From contig JALSSW010000071.1 in assembly GCA_026984035.1 (NCBI GenBank), forward strand, positions 230 through 64,229: a stretch of DNA of 64,000 nt, given 5' to 3'. Source of the DNA: Planctomycetota bacterium (GTDB taxonomy: Bacteria; Planctomycetota; UBA1135; GCA-002748355). The notes under the pieces were generated by a model. That model searched no databases, was not told the origin of the DNA, and saw nothing but the letters and a program-made list of their open reading frames with translations. Position 1 is the first letter of the stretch, and the number at the start of each line of letters is the position of its first letter. Positions 1 through 8,625 of this stretch are shown here, one piece after another. The position numbers and the translations under genes were made by a program.

Positions 1-170
1 AAGTCTTCAAGAGTCAGATCCACTTCCTGGAGCATCGTTCCCATCGCTCCATCCCACACCAGCACCCGTTCCTCCATGGCGGCAAGAAAGGGGAAGCGTC
101 CCGCCCTGTCCTGGGCAAGAAAGGCCATGGGTTCGCCATACTTCTTGCTGCCTTCGCTTTCCTTGCTCAT
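1..170 (-). CDS. Homocysteine S-methyltransferase (Hcy-binding) domain protein, N-terminal fragment, probably cobalamin-dependent methionine synthase; continues beyond window start
   Basis: Not in the ORF track (truncated, 56 codons). Minus-strand ATG at 170..168. Own translation: MSKESEGSKKYGEPMAFLAQDRAGRFPFLAAMEERVLVWDGAMGTMLQEVDLTLEDF. ERVLVWDGAMGTMLQ resembles the conserved start of the MetH Hcy domain (E. coli ERILVLDGGMGTMIQ). The ATG overlaps the TGA of the upstream regulator (ATGA at 167..170). Confidence 0.55.
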   Translation of the reverse strand, partial: MSKESEGSKKYGEPMAFLAQDRAGRFPFLAAMEERVLVWDGAMGTMLQEVDLTLED

Positions 171-1132
171 ACCTTCTTTTCCCCCAACAATGACAGAACC
201 TGAAGGTGATTCGCCCTCGGGTCGGCCGAAACTTCCGAATGCCGTTGCTCCACAAATCCGGCATCTCCCATCCAGCCCTCGAGATCCTTCTTGTCGAAGC
301 CTCTCCAGACATGCCCATATTCCTCACAAATCCGCTGGTCCTCATGGGCTTGAAGGGTAACAAGAAGACATTTCCCCCCGGCCCGAGTAAGCCGCCCGGC
401 CTCGGCCAAGACCCTCTCGGGTGCCCGTGCATACTGCAAACTCTGAAGAAGGAGAACGGTATCCACGCACCCGTCCTCCAGGGGAACGTCCTGCATGTCA
501 GCCCTGAGGAAGTACACATTTGGGTGTCCCTCTTCGGAAGCTTTCTTGCAACCCATTTCCACCATGCGGGGGTGGGAGTCAAGGCAAATGAGCCGCTTAG
601 CCGTGGGTGCAAGTAATGAGAGGAGGGCTCCATCCCCCGATCCCATGTCGAGGCATACCCCCAAATCCAAGAATAGGGAGAACCCGAAGGTCAAGGAAGC
701 AAAGCTCCGCCCGGGCACCCAATGCCGATCCAAGCTCCCAGCCACTTGGTCAAGCCAATTTCCACCCCGCCGATCCAGAAGAACCTGGTCCATTCGTTCG
801 CGGTCTTTACCCAAAACGGGATCATTCCCCACACTCCTGGTGATCAGGTCCCAGAACTCGTCTCTCTGACTCCCTCGAAACCGATAGAAAGACCTCGTCC
901 CCTCGCGACGGTCAAGAACCATCCCCGCTTCTCTCAACCTCGAAAGCTGACTGGAAACCGTCGATTGACGCTGATTCAAAATTTCCGAAAGCTCTCCGAC
1001 ACTCAACTCCTCCTCCCGGATCAAAGCAAGGAGGCGGAGCCTGGTTCTGTCTCCAAGAAGCTTCAGATGGTCTACTAATGCAGGAAGATCATTCATCGAT
1101 TCATCCAGATATACCGATGAATGTTCGTCCAT
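167..1132 (-). CDS. ArsR-family winged-helix regulator fused to a class I SAM-dependent methyltransferase-like domain (SahR-like)
   Basis: ORF 167..1243. Preferred start is MDEHSS at 1132, downstream of the neighbour stop at 1158. HTH: LLGDRTRLRLLALIREEELSVGELSEILNQRQSTVSSQLSRLREAGMV. Methyltransferase motif I is CLDMGSGDG, followed by VDTVLLLQSLQY and GGKCLLVT. Confidence 0.8.
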   Translation of the reverse strand: MDEHSSVYLDESMNDLPALVDHLKLLGDRTRLRLLALIREEELSVGELSEILNQRQSTVSSQLSRLREAGMVLDRREGTRSFYRFRGSQRDEFWDLITRSVGNDPVLGKDRERMDQVLLDRRGGNWLDQVAGSLDRHWVPGRSFASLTFGFSLFLDLGVCLDMGSGDGALLSLLAPTAKRLICLDSHPRMVEMGCKKASEEGHPNVYFLRADMQDVPLEDGCVDTVLLLQSLQYARAPERVLAEAGRLTRAGGKCLLVTLQAHEDQRICEEYGHVWRGFDKKDLEGWMGDAGFVEQRHSEVSADPRANHLQVLSLLGEKKV

Positions 1133-1157
1133 TGAAGACCAGAACTGAAAAGAATTC

Positions 1158-3791
1158 TTATTTAAGCGCGGGAAAACGCCGAATCCATCGGGAGAAAAAA
1201 GCTGACCGAAGCGGGGCAAGTGCCTTGGGATGGGGCCTTCCAACGATTTTCACTGGCCCCATGGCGACCATGTAATCCTTGTTTTCGGCATTCACAGGAA
1301 GAGGTTGGGCCCAAAGAATGGCCCCGGAACTCGGAAGGCGAGAAGCCCTGAGATCTGTGATGGCCTCCCCCTCCGAAGAAAAACGGATCTGATCTCCAGA
1401 CCGCGCAATCGTGAACGAAGCTCCATCTCCGAGCACCTTACCAATCTTGTCATTCAACTTCAGGAAAGAGCGGGAGGCTTTCCGCTTTCCGTTGACGTAA
1501 CCGATGATCCCTCCCATGGTGAATTGCGTGTAGGTATCGGGGCGCTGCGCTTGGAATAGGAGGACTCCTGTAGGAACCAAGTTCAGAATGGTTTGCCCCT
1601 CGTCATTGATATCCTCTTGGATAAACACGCTGAAGGTAAAACGCCAATCCCCTTCAAATTGCAGCACATGCCGAAACATCCCGGTTCCATGCATCTCCAC
1701 TTTTCCCCCCTCCTTGGAAAGCTTCAGCCTGGCCCCGACCTTGGTCCCAGCCCTCCAAAACCTGGGGACAAACCCAACCTTCTCCGGGAAGACTGGAATC
1801 CAATCTCTGAGCTGCCTCCGATTCTTCCAGTCATACGAGATTTCCACCATCCCTCGAGGTAAGAGGCGAACTTTTCCGGCCAGAGGTGGAACTCGATTCT
1901 TGCTGTGCTCGAAGGCTAGATCGAGAAGTTTGGGGAGCGCTTGCTTTTGAAGCAATTGGGCCCAAGGCTGTTGAAACCGTCCTAAATCCTGGGAAAGGCG
2001 TTCCAAAATTGGCTCTGAATCCGAAGTGGATAGCAGCTTCTCCTTGGTGGAGTAAAGGAGGTTTCGAAGCTCCAACTCCGGACCAACCTCTTTCTCCACC
2101 CACTCCGGAATCACGAATTTCTTTCTCGCAAGCCTTTTTGTGACCTTCCGCTTTTCCTTGGCCCCCATATCCCCAAGCTCCATGGCCAGAAGGATGGAGA
2201 GCGCATCCTTGCGGTCAGGATCGCCCAAGAGTTTTGCTTTTGCCGCCGATTCCGCGAAGAGGTAGAGGGGAATATCCAAGAGGTTCATATCCTTCGTCTC
2301 CTTTTTCCTCTCCAAACTCAATTGCAAGGTCTCTGGATCGAAGGAGAGAACCTTGTAGGAGACTTTCACCTTTTTTCCCTTCCTTGTTGTGGGGAGAAAG
2401 ATCCTTGGCTTTTTCTTTTTGGATGTGGCGGCTTTGTAGTCATCCAACAAACCCTCCAACTGCTTCCGAGCCCTTGCCAAGACTTCGAAACGACCCCCCT
2501 TACGCCCTTTCATCCAATTCTTTGCATCCTCAAAATCAAAATCCCGAAGAGCAGCGAGTACCGCAGCGAGGGCTAATTCATCGGGGGCTTTTTGAGGAAC
2601 CACTTTGACAGCCTTGGGGAGACGGACCAAAGCCTTAGCCACCTTGATCGGTTCCGGAAAAAGCGACCCTGCCTCCACCATCGAAGGCAGCATCACCCCT
2701 TTAGCATCCAAGGCCTCTGGGGGATCCGCCTTGATGATTTGATCCGGATTGCGCACGAAATTAGCAAAGAGGGAAGGAAGTAAGGCTTTTTCTTGCGGAC
2801 TGAAGGCTTTGTTGATGGCAGCAGACCCATGGTAGCTCTTGAGCTTGCCTTCGGCGTTGTATTCGAGGGCAAGAAGTTTGAGTAGGTTTTTACGGAAGCG
2901 GCCCTTGTAGGCCCGATCCAGAAACGCCACCGCTGCGTAAGCGCAGCGATAAAAGAATTGCTGCTGCTGGCCATAGTTGTCCGGATCCTCCGGACTGGCT
3001 CCCGTCGCCCTCATATAGTCATCCAAATCCCGAAAAGTCATCACATAGAGAGGATGGTGCAACCAAGGGAGTCTGGATTTGTGCTTCCATTTAAAGGGTT
3101 TCCTGAGGTAGGGGCGGACTTCCTGAAGGCGACTTTTGTCGATCCACCCAAAACCCGGGTCCTTTGAGAGAATGAGTGGCTCATGCGGACGCGAAGAGAG
3201 ATGCTCGGCCATCCCCTCCATCAGCCATGCACTCATGCGATTTTGATTCCAATCATTTTTCGGATTGGTATAGGCAAACATGATTTGGTGCACAGATTCA
3301 TGCATGGCCACTTCAAAGGAACGTCTTACTCCTTCCTTGCGGTCGTAATAGGTCATCGTGTGGAGCAGAACTAAATTGAAATGAGCCGCACTGAACTTGC
3401 CACCCCCTGCTTTCAAATAGGAATCCCTGCTCTTCAAAATCCAAAAGGGCAAAGGCCGGTCCCGCATCTTCAATTTCAAAGGCTGGGCAAAGTCCTTGTC
3501 GAAGAGCTTTTTGATCGCCATCAATGCGTGGTATCGCATCTTGGCTAAAAAATCGAGATTCCCCCGCCCCTGATCCTCAATAAAGAAAACAAAGGGGAGC
3601 TTATCAACCCGTTGGAAAACCAAGGACTTGTAAGGCTCCGCATCACGGTAAACTTTCTCAATGGCTTCAGGGGTTTTTGCTCGGGCTAAGGCCTTTCCCA
3701 AGGCAAACATTTGCCGCATCTGGCTTTGGGCTGGGGACAATCGAGCAAAAGGGAATAGGAAAAGGAGAACAACTATGAGTTTCTTTCGCAT
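1158..3791 (-). CDS. Secreted HExxH protein (DUF1570-like putative metallopeptidase core) with long helical middle and beta-rich C-terminal region
   Basis: ORF 1158..3914. Likely start is MRKKLIVVLLFLFPFARLSPAQS (signal peptide) at 3791. Contains AMHESVHQI (HExxH) followed by WLMEGMAEHL. The DUF1570 assignment is from memory of Planctomycete proteins and is not verified. Confidence 0.6.
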   Translation of the reverse strand: MRKKLIVVLLFLFPFARLSPAQSQMRQMFALGKALARAKTPEAIEKVYRDAEPYKSLVFQRVDKLPFVFFIEDQGRGNLDFLAKMRYHALMAIKKLFDKDFAQPLKLKMRDRPLPFWILKSRDSYLKAGGGKFSAAHFNLVLLHTMTYYDRKEGVRRSFEVAMHESVHQIMFAYTNPKNDWNQNRMSAWLMEGMAEHLSSRPHEPLILSKDPGFGWIDKSRLQEVRPYLRKPFKWKHKSRLPWLHHPLYVMTFRDLDDYMRATGASPEDPDNYGQQQQFFYRCAYAAVAFLDRAYKGRFRKNLLKLLALEYNAEGKLKSYHGSAAINKAFSPQEKALLPSLFANFVRNPDQIIKADPPEALDAKGVMLPSMVEAGSLFPEPIKVAKALVRLPKAVKVVPQKAPDELALAAVLAALRDFDFEDAKNWMKGRKGGRFEVLARARKQLEGLLDDYKAATSKKKKPRIFLPTTRKGKKVKVSYKVLSFDPETLQLSLERKKETKDMNLLDIPLYLFAESAAKAKLLGDPDRKDALSILLAMELGDMGAKEKRKVTKRLARKKFVIPEWVEKEVGPELELRNLLYSTKEKLLSTSDSEPILERLSQDLGRFQQPWAQLLQKQALPKLLDLAFEHSKNRVPPLAGKVRLLPRGMVEISYDWKNRRQLRDWIPVFPEKVGFVPRFWRAGTKVGARLKLSKEGGKVEMHGTGMFRHVLQFEGDWRFTFSVFIQEDINDEGQTILNLVPTGVLLFQAQRPDTYTQFTMGGIIGYVNGKRKASRSFLKLNDKIGKVLGDGASFTIARSGDQIRFSSEGEAITDLRASRLPSSGAILWAQPLPVNAENKDYMVAMGPVKIVGRPHPKALAPLRSAFFSRWIRRFPALK

Positions 3792-3840
3792 GTTCGTATT
3801 TGGCCTCATCCCGGTCGGGTAAGGGTTCAGGGAAGTCCCA

Positions 3841-5703
3841 ATGATGCACCAAAGAAGGTCCAGGATCGAGGGGAAGGGGAGAAGACCCGCCTTTTTCCTG
3901 GGTCTGCTTGCCATCCTTTTCTTTGCCTTTCTCTGTCACCCAAGGGGCGTCCTCGAATGGGACGAGGGGGAGTTCTTTCGATCCATCCATTATTTTCATG
4001 TAGCCGAAGGGTATCCCCACCCACCAGGGTTTCCTCTCTACGTCCTCCTGGGACAGGGACTCTTCTCCCTTTTGGGAAATGAACTGACAGCCCTCTGGCT
4101 CCCCAGCCTTCTGGGGGGAGCCCTGGCGTTTTTTGGAATCTATCGCCTTTCCCTCTGGCTGCATGGGGACTCCCACATGGCTTTGATTTCGGGGTTGGCA
4201 TTCGGCTTCCTACCGCCCCAGTGTTTCTTCTCCGCCGTCCCCATGAGCGACGGGATCTCAAACGGCCTGGCCTACCTGGGCATCTCCTTTCTCACAACGG
4301 GCTGGTCAAAGCGAAATCCCGCACAGGGATTGTCTGCAGGCCTGCTCTGCGGCCTTTCTCTCTCCCTACGCCCAGCCACCCTCTTTTTCCTCTTCACACC
4401 CTGGCTTCTCTTCGTTTTCCTCAGCCTAAAAGCGGGCCGTCTCCGAACCCTATGGTCCGCCTTGCCCGGCCTGCTCTTGGGAGGAATCCCAGGTCTTTGG
4501 ATCCTGCTGGACAACCTTGGGGGCATCACTTCACTTTGGGATGTCTTCTCCTCCTACTATGCTTCGGTAGGGTCCAAAGACCACATCCTGGCATCTATCC
4601 GAAACGAAGGGATTACGAGAGTTCTCAAATTCTGGATCTTCTGGCCCTTTGGATCGGTTTTCACCGGAATCATGATTCAAGGGCTTTTCTTCGTAGGACT
4701 CATCCCCTTGCTCCGGAGCCCTCTCCGCAAAAAAGTCCTCCTCGTACTTCTTGCGATCAGCCCCTATGTAGCGTTTGCCCTTCTCAAAATGAACTTTCTC
4801 TGGGCATCCCGCTATGGTCTCCCCATCCTTTTTGTGTATTTCCTCCTCCTCCCCCCCCTTGTAAAGACCCTCCTTGGCACAAGCTTCAACCTGGCCAAGC
4901 TTCGGACCCTCTGTGGCCTTTGGATCCTGGTTTCAGTTTTATGGATGGCGCCAATCATCCACCAACTTCGAAGCATCAATCCCCCCCCAGCGCAAGCGAT
5001 TGCCTTCGCAAAAGACCGGGCCAAAAAATTCCCCAGTATCCTGGTCACCAGTTCGGATCTGGGTGGGCATATCCCTTCCCTTACCTGGAACCTCCCAAGC
5101 ATCCTCAAATGGGGAAGACCTATCGACAAACCTTGGTTGGGACTTACAACCCATCGATTGGAGGCCTTTCCTGGAAAAAAGTTTTTGGGAATCAAGGATC
5201 ATGATAAAGGTTGGGCCGGGCCAACCCTTTTTTCAGCTTCATGGAATGGAGAAGCCCTGAAACATTTAAGTAGGCCAAGATTCAGCGACATCCTGGTTAC
5301 CGATGAATCCCAACGAGCGATTCCCTGGACGGGTTGGTTCAGCCCCAAGAAAAAGGGAGAGTTGCTCGGGCGTAAAGAGGTCAGCCTGCTACTCCCACCA
5401 AACCTGGACGGCTCCCTGATGCTACATTTACAACTTCGCCTCACCCCCAAGCCGGGAGGAGGCAGTCAAAAGGGCGTCGAAACCCAGATCACCCTCTTGG
5501 AGGATTGGAAGAACCCTTCCGGAAAAGCCCGATTCCTGCTTCAGGTACCGATCCAAACCGCAGCCTGGACGAAGCTCTTCATCCCCTACAAAGGATCGCT
5601 CAACAAAGTCCGCGCCTTACGCCTATCCGTTCAAGACCCCGCCCGCGAAGCTGAGGACGCAACCCTCCTTGCTAGGGATGGAAGGGTCGAGAAACAGGAA
5701 TAA
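3841..5703 (+). CDS. Polytopic membrane glycosyltransferase, GT-C fold, DUF2723/TMEM260-like
   Basis: 620 aa with many hydrophobic segments. The first-loop motif WDEGEFFRSIHYFHVAEGYPHPPGFPLYVLLG matches the DUF2723 signature (acidic DxxE then HPPGYPL). A soluble C-terminal domain follows. Confidence 0.65.
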   Translation: MMHQRRSRIEGKGRRPAFFLGLLAILFFAFLCHPRGVLEWDEGEFFRSIHYFHVAEGYPHPPGFPLYVLLGQGLFSLLGNELTALWLPSLLGGALAFFGIYRLSLWLHGDSHMALISGLAFGFLPPQCFFSAVPMSDGISNGLAYLGISFLTTGWSKRNPAQGLSAGLLCGLSLSLRPATLFFLFTPWLLFVFLSLKAGRLRTLWSALPGLLLGGIPGLWILLDNLGGITSLWDVFSSYYASVGSKDHILASIRNEGITRVLKFWIFWPFGSVFTGIMIQGLFFVGLIPLLRSPLRKKVLLVLLAISPYVAFALLKMNFLWASRYGLPILFVYFLLLPPLVKTLLGTSFNLAKLRTLCGLWILVSVLWMAPIIHQLRSINPPPAQAIAFAKDRAKKFPSILVTSSDLGGHIPSLTWNLPSILKWGRPIDKPWLGLTTHRLEAFPGKKFLGIKDHDKGWAGPTLFSASWNGEALKHLSRPRFSDILVTDESQRAIPWTGWFSPKKKGELLGRKEVSLLLPPNLDGSLMLHLQLRLTPKPGGGSQKGVETQITLLEDWKNPSGKARFLLQVPIQTAAWTKLFIPYKGSLNKVRALRLSVQDPAREAEDATLLARDGRVEKQE

Positions 5704-5738
5704 GGGATCCCATCATTGAAAGCTCGTTAGCAGGTTTT

Positions 5739-6443
5739 TTACAGATCCAGGAGCACAGGGGCGAAATTCGTGTAATCCACGGACGCCATTACATAACGAA
5801 TTCCGTCATCCTCTCCGACAAACCCAGCTGCATGATCGCGCCCATGGAGGTGACCATAGATACAGAGTTCCACTCCAGCCTCCTTCATCATAGGAACAAA
5901 GCCTGTCTTCAAACCAAAACTGTATAGAGGGGGATAATGGATCATGCTCCAAATCCTCCGGTATGCCCTCTTTTTTAAGTCCTGCAGTGAGAGCCCAAAA
6001 CGAAGGAGTTCCCTTTCATAAACCTTTCGATCCTGATCGCTATAGGGTTTGCCCTCGGATCTCCCAGGAGGGTTCCAACCCCTGGTCCCAACAATGGCGG
6101 TCCCATCCGGAAGCACAAAAGCGTTGTTTTGCAAAATGGAGATCGACTCGGGAAGAATGGCTTCCACCTTTTTCTTTGTATTCCACCAGTGCGCATGGTT
6201 GCCCTTGATCATCAACTTCCGCCCAGGGAGACGATCTACGAATGCAAGGTCAGGAGCAACCTCTTCGAGATTCATTCCCCATGAAAGATCACCGCCCATC
6301 AACACATAGTCCTCTTCGGAGACAAGACGCGTCCAGGCCTCCTCGATTCGCTTAGGATGGTCCTTCCAATGGTCCCCAAAAATATCCATCGGCTTATTGG
6401 TTCCGAAAGATAGGTGCAGATCACTAATGGCGAAAATCTTCAT
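5739..6443 (-). CDS. Metallophosphoesterase (calcineurin-like phosphoesterase family)
   Basis: Canonical motif set: MKIFAISDLHL (DxH), MGGDLSWG (GD), IKGNHAHWW (GNH), IYGHLHG (GH). Start is at 6443 (MKIF) or 6455. Confidence 0.85.
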   Translation of the reverse strand: MKIFAISDLHLSFGTNKPMDIFGDHWKDHPKRIEEAWTRLVSEEDYVLMGGDLSWGMNLEEVAPDLAFVDRLPGRKLMIKGNHAHWWNTKKKVEAILPESISILQNNAFVLPDGTAIVGTRGWNPPGRSEGKPYSDQDRKVYERELLRFGLSLQDLKKRAYRRIWSMIHYPPLYSFGLKTGFVPMMKEAGVELCIYGHLHGRDHAAGFVGEDDGIRYVMASVDYTNFAPVLLDL

Positions 6444-6463
6444 TTGCTCCAACAATACCGGAA

Positions 6464-8566
6464 ATGGAAACTCTCAGGAAACGACTCGAGCGAGGTCTTT
6501 TGGATCCAGAGGATCTCCACAAGCTCGCCAAGGCTCTTGCAAACCTCGCTTGGGAACAACACTCGCAAGACCTGCCTTTCGGTCCCTTCACCCCTGATGA
6601 GATCTTATGGGATGGTTCCCAAGTCAGGCTCCAAGCCCACTCCGTTCCCCGCCATGCAGGAGAGAACGATGAAGATCAAAAGGCGGAGGAGGATAACAGA
6701 AAGTCCGGCAAAGGAGAGGGTTGGACTCATCGTGAGGACATCCGATGGATCGGGGCTCTCCTTTTTTGGGCAGGAACGACCGAATCTCATGAGGACACAA
6801 CCCTTCTTCCCACACAACTCAGGGAAGACCTCCCCCCCTTCTGGGATGGAATCATCTCCAACTGCCTCCACGAAAACCCATTAGAGCGCTTTGCCCATGC
6901 GGGAGACCTTCTCCATGCTCTTCAGGCCCATAACTCTCCGGCCCCAACCCCTCCAAAAAAACCCACACTCCTCATCCCTCTTCTTCTCTTCGCCCTTCTG
7001 GCAACCTACCTGTTGGGCTTTGAAATCCATGACCATGGCCGAACCTATGATGATCTCGTCCAGCGGGGACGAGGGGAGGCCATGCTCGATTTTTTTTCGA
7101 CATGGAATCCCAAGGACCTTCCCAGCAAAGACCCGAATGATTTCACACATGGGGACAGGCTCTATGGCCCCTTTGCAGCGACTCTCTCCGTCTGGATCGG
7201 CCAGTTTATTTCTCCTTGGATCGGAGACCCAACCCAAGAGCTCCATCTCCCCTTTCATGCAGGACTCACTCTCTTTGGCCTGCTTTGGGTCCTCTGTTGC
7301 TACTTTTTAGCCCTTAGGGTTTTCAAGCGCAGCCTACCTGCTCTAACAAGCACCCTCCTTCTGCTGGCTCTTCCGCGGGTCTTCGGGCAACTCACATCCA
7401 ATCCCAGCGATCTCCCCGCCGCTTCCCTCATGGCCCTCAGCGCCGTCATGATGTTTCGTTGGTTCGACAAGCCAAGCCTGGGTCGCACGATTTTCTTTGC
7501 CATCGCCCTAGCTGCCCTTGGGGCAACAAGAATGCAAAATGGAGGCCTTATGGCTGCCATCTGCCTTCCCCCCATCTTTCTCCGCTTTTTCCGGGGAAGA
7601 AACCGAAACCTCCTTCCCCTGAAACAAATTGTCCTTCTTCCCCTCTTCGCATGGGCTTTCTTCATTCTCTTTTGGCCGGATTTTTGGTTTTCTCCTCTCA
7701 CAGAACCCATTCAAGTTCTGCGTGATTTTTTCCACCACAAATCCCGGTACACCCAGGGGAGTCTCTATTTCGGTACGATTCAAACCCAGGCCTGGACCTA
7801 CCCTCTTGTTCTCATCACGATCAGTACGCCTCTTAGTATTCTCGCCCTTTTCCTCTTGGGGCTCCTCCGCAAAACCTTCAGCCCGATCCAGCTCTTCCTC
7901 GGACTCTGGCTTCTCCTTTCCATCGGAAAACACTTCACCGGCATTGCCAATCATGGGGGAATCCGTCACTTCCTGGACGCCTATGTCCCCCTCGCCCTTT
8001 TTGCGGGAATGGGCCTCCATCGGGCGATGGATCTCCTGGGCATGATCCGCTGGCGGGCTGCAAGCATGCTGGGGACTTCTATACTCCTCCTGTCCATCAG
8101 CCTCCTGACCCACCCATTTGAAAGCAGCTACTACAATCTTTTCGTGGGTGGGATCCCAGGTGCCGTTGGTAGGTTTGATCTGGACTCAAACGGATCCTCC
8201 TTCTTGGTTCTTATGAAAGGCCTGCGACCCCAGCTTAAGAACGGAGACTTTCTCTTCATTCCGGGCTCGATGGACCTCGTAGTCCAAGTTCCCCTTCCCA
8301 AGGACTGCCCGGTCTTAGCCCTCCGACCCAATCAAGCCCCGCTTTTGAAGGAGGCCATCAAGGCTGGCACATTTAAAAACCGCCGCTGCATTCTCCTCTT
8401 CCACCAGGGAGTTCTTTGGGGCAGTCTCGATGAACTGATCCATGAGAAGAAACTAAAGATCCTCTTCCAGACCGGGCCAAAAGGCTTACCCCTCTCCATG
8501 GCCCTTTTGGTCCCGGACCCAAAGAACCTCCTCAAGGTATTGGAAAAACTCAAAACCGAGGGTTGA
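6464..8566 (+). CDS. Fusion protein: degenerate protein-kinase C-lobe remnant plus GT-C membrane glycosyltransferase (ArnT/PMT-like)
   Basis: 700 aa. The N-terminal ~155 aa carry kinase subdomain-like strings (FGPFTPDEILWD, REDIRWIGALLFWAGT, ISNCLHENPLERFAHAGDLLHAL) without catalytic residues. At least 10 TM segments and a C-terminal soluble domain follow. Confidence 0.6.
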   Translation: METLRKRLERGLLDPEDLHKLAKALANLAWEQHSQDLPFGPFTPDEILWDGSQVRLQAHSVPRHAGENDEDQKAEEDNRKSGKGEGWTHREDIRWIGALLFWAGTTESHEDTTLLPTQLREDLPPFWDGIISNCLHENPLERFAHAGDLLHALQAHNSPAPTPPKKPTLLIPLLLFALLATYLLGFEIHDHGRTYDDLVQRGRGEAMLDFFSTWNPKDLPSKDPNDFTHGDRLYGPFAATLSVWIGQFISPWIGDPTQELHLPFHAGLTLFGLLWVLCCYFLALRVFKRSLPALTSTLLLLALPRVFGQLTSNPSDLPAASLMALSAVMMFRWFDKPSLGRTIFFAIALAALGATRMQNGGLMAAICLPPIFLRFFRGRNRNLLPLKQIVLLPLFAWAFFILFWPDFWFSPLTEPIQVLRDFFHHKSRYTQGSLYFGTIQTQAWTYPLVLITISTPLSILALFLLGLLRKTFSPIQLFLGLWLLLSIGKHFTGIANHGGIRHFLDAYVPLALFAGMGLHRAMDLLGMIRWRAASMLGTSILLLSISLLTHPFESSYYNLFVGGIPGAVGRFDLDSNGSSFLVLMKGLRPQLKNGDFLFIPGSMDLVVQVPLPKDCPVLALRPNQAPLLKEAIKAGTFKNRRCILLFHQGVLWGSLDELIHEKKLKILFQTGPKGLPLSMALLVPDPKNLLKVLEKLKTEG

Positions 8567-8625
8567 CCAAAACAAGCAAGAACTACCGTCGGCTCAAGGA
8601 GCTTCAGACTGAGCTACGGACAACC

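Noticed and set aside
7-633. 208-aa minus-strand ORF and several plus-strand ORFs (76..360, 206..616) at the window start.
   Set aside because: They overlap the ArsR/methyltransferase-like gene and the metH-like N-terminus, both of which carry recognisable motifs.
1150-1159. Perfect 10-bp palindrome AAGAATTCTT about 20 nt upstream of the SahR-like gene start, considered as a possible operator.
   Set aside because: A 10-bp perfect palindrome is expected by chance roughly once per kilobase, so dozens should occur in 64 kb. It does not extend into a longer inverted repeat, and I cannot compare it with other promoters of the regulon.
4221-5204. 327-aa alternative-frame ORF inside the DUF2723-type glycosyltransferase gene.
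   Set aside because: It has Pro/Ser/Arg-rich off-frame composition. The overlapping frame gives coherent TM helices and the HPPGFPLY motif.
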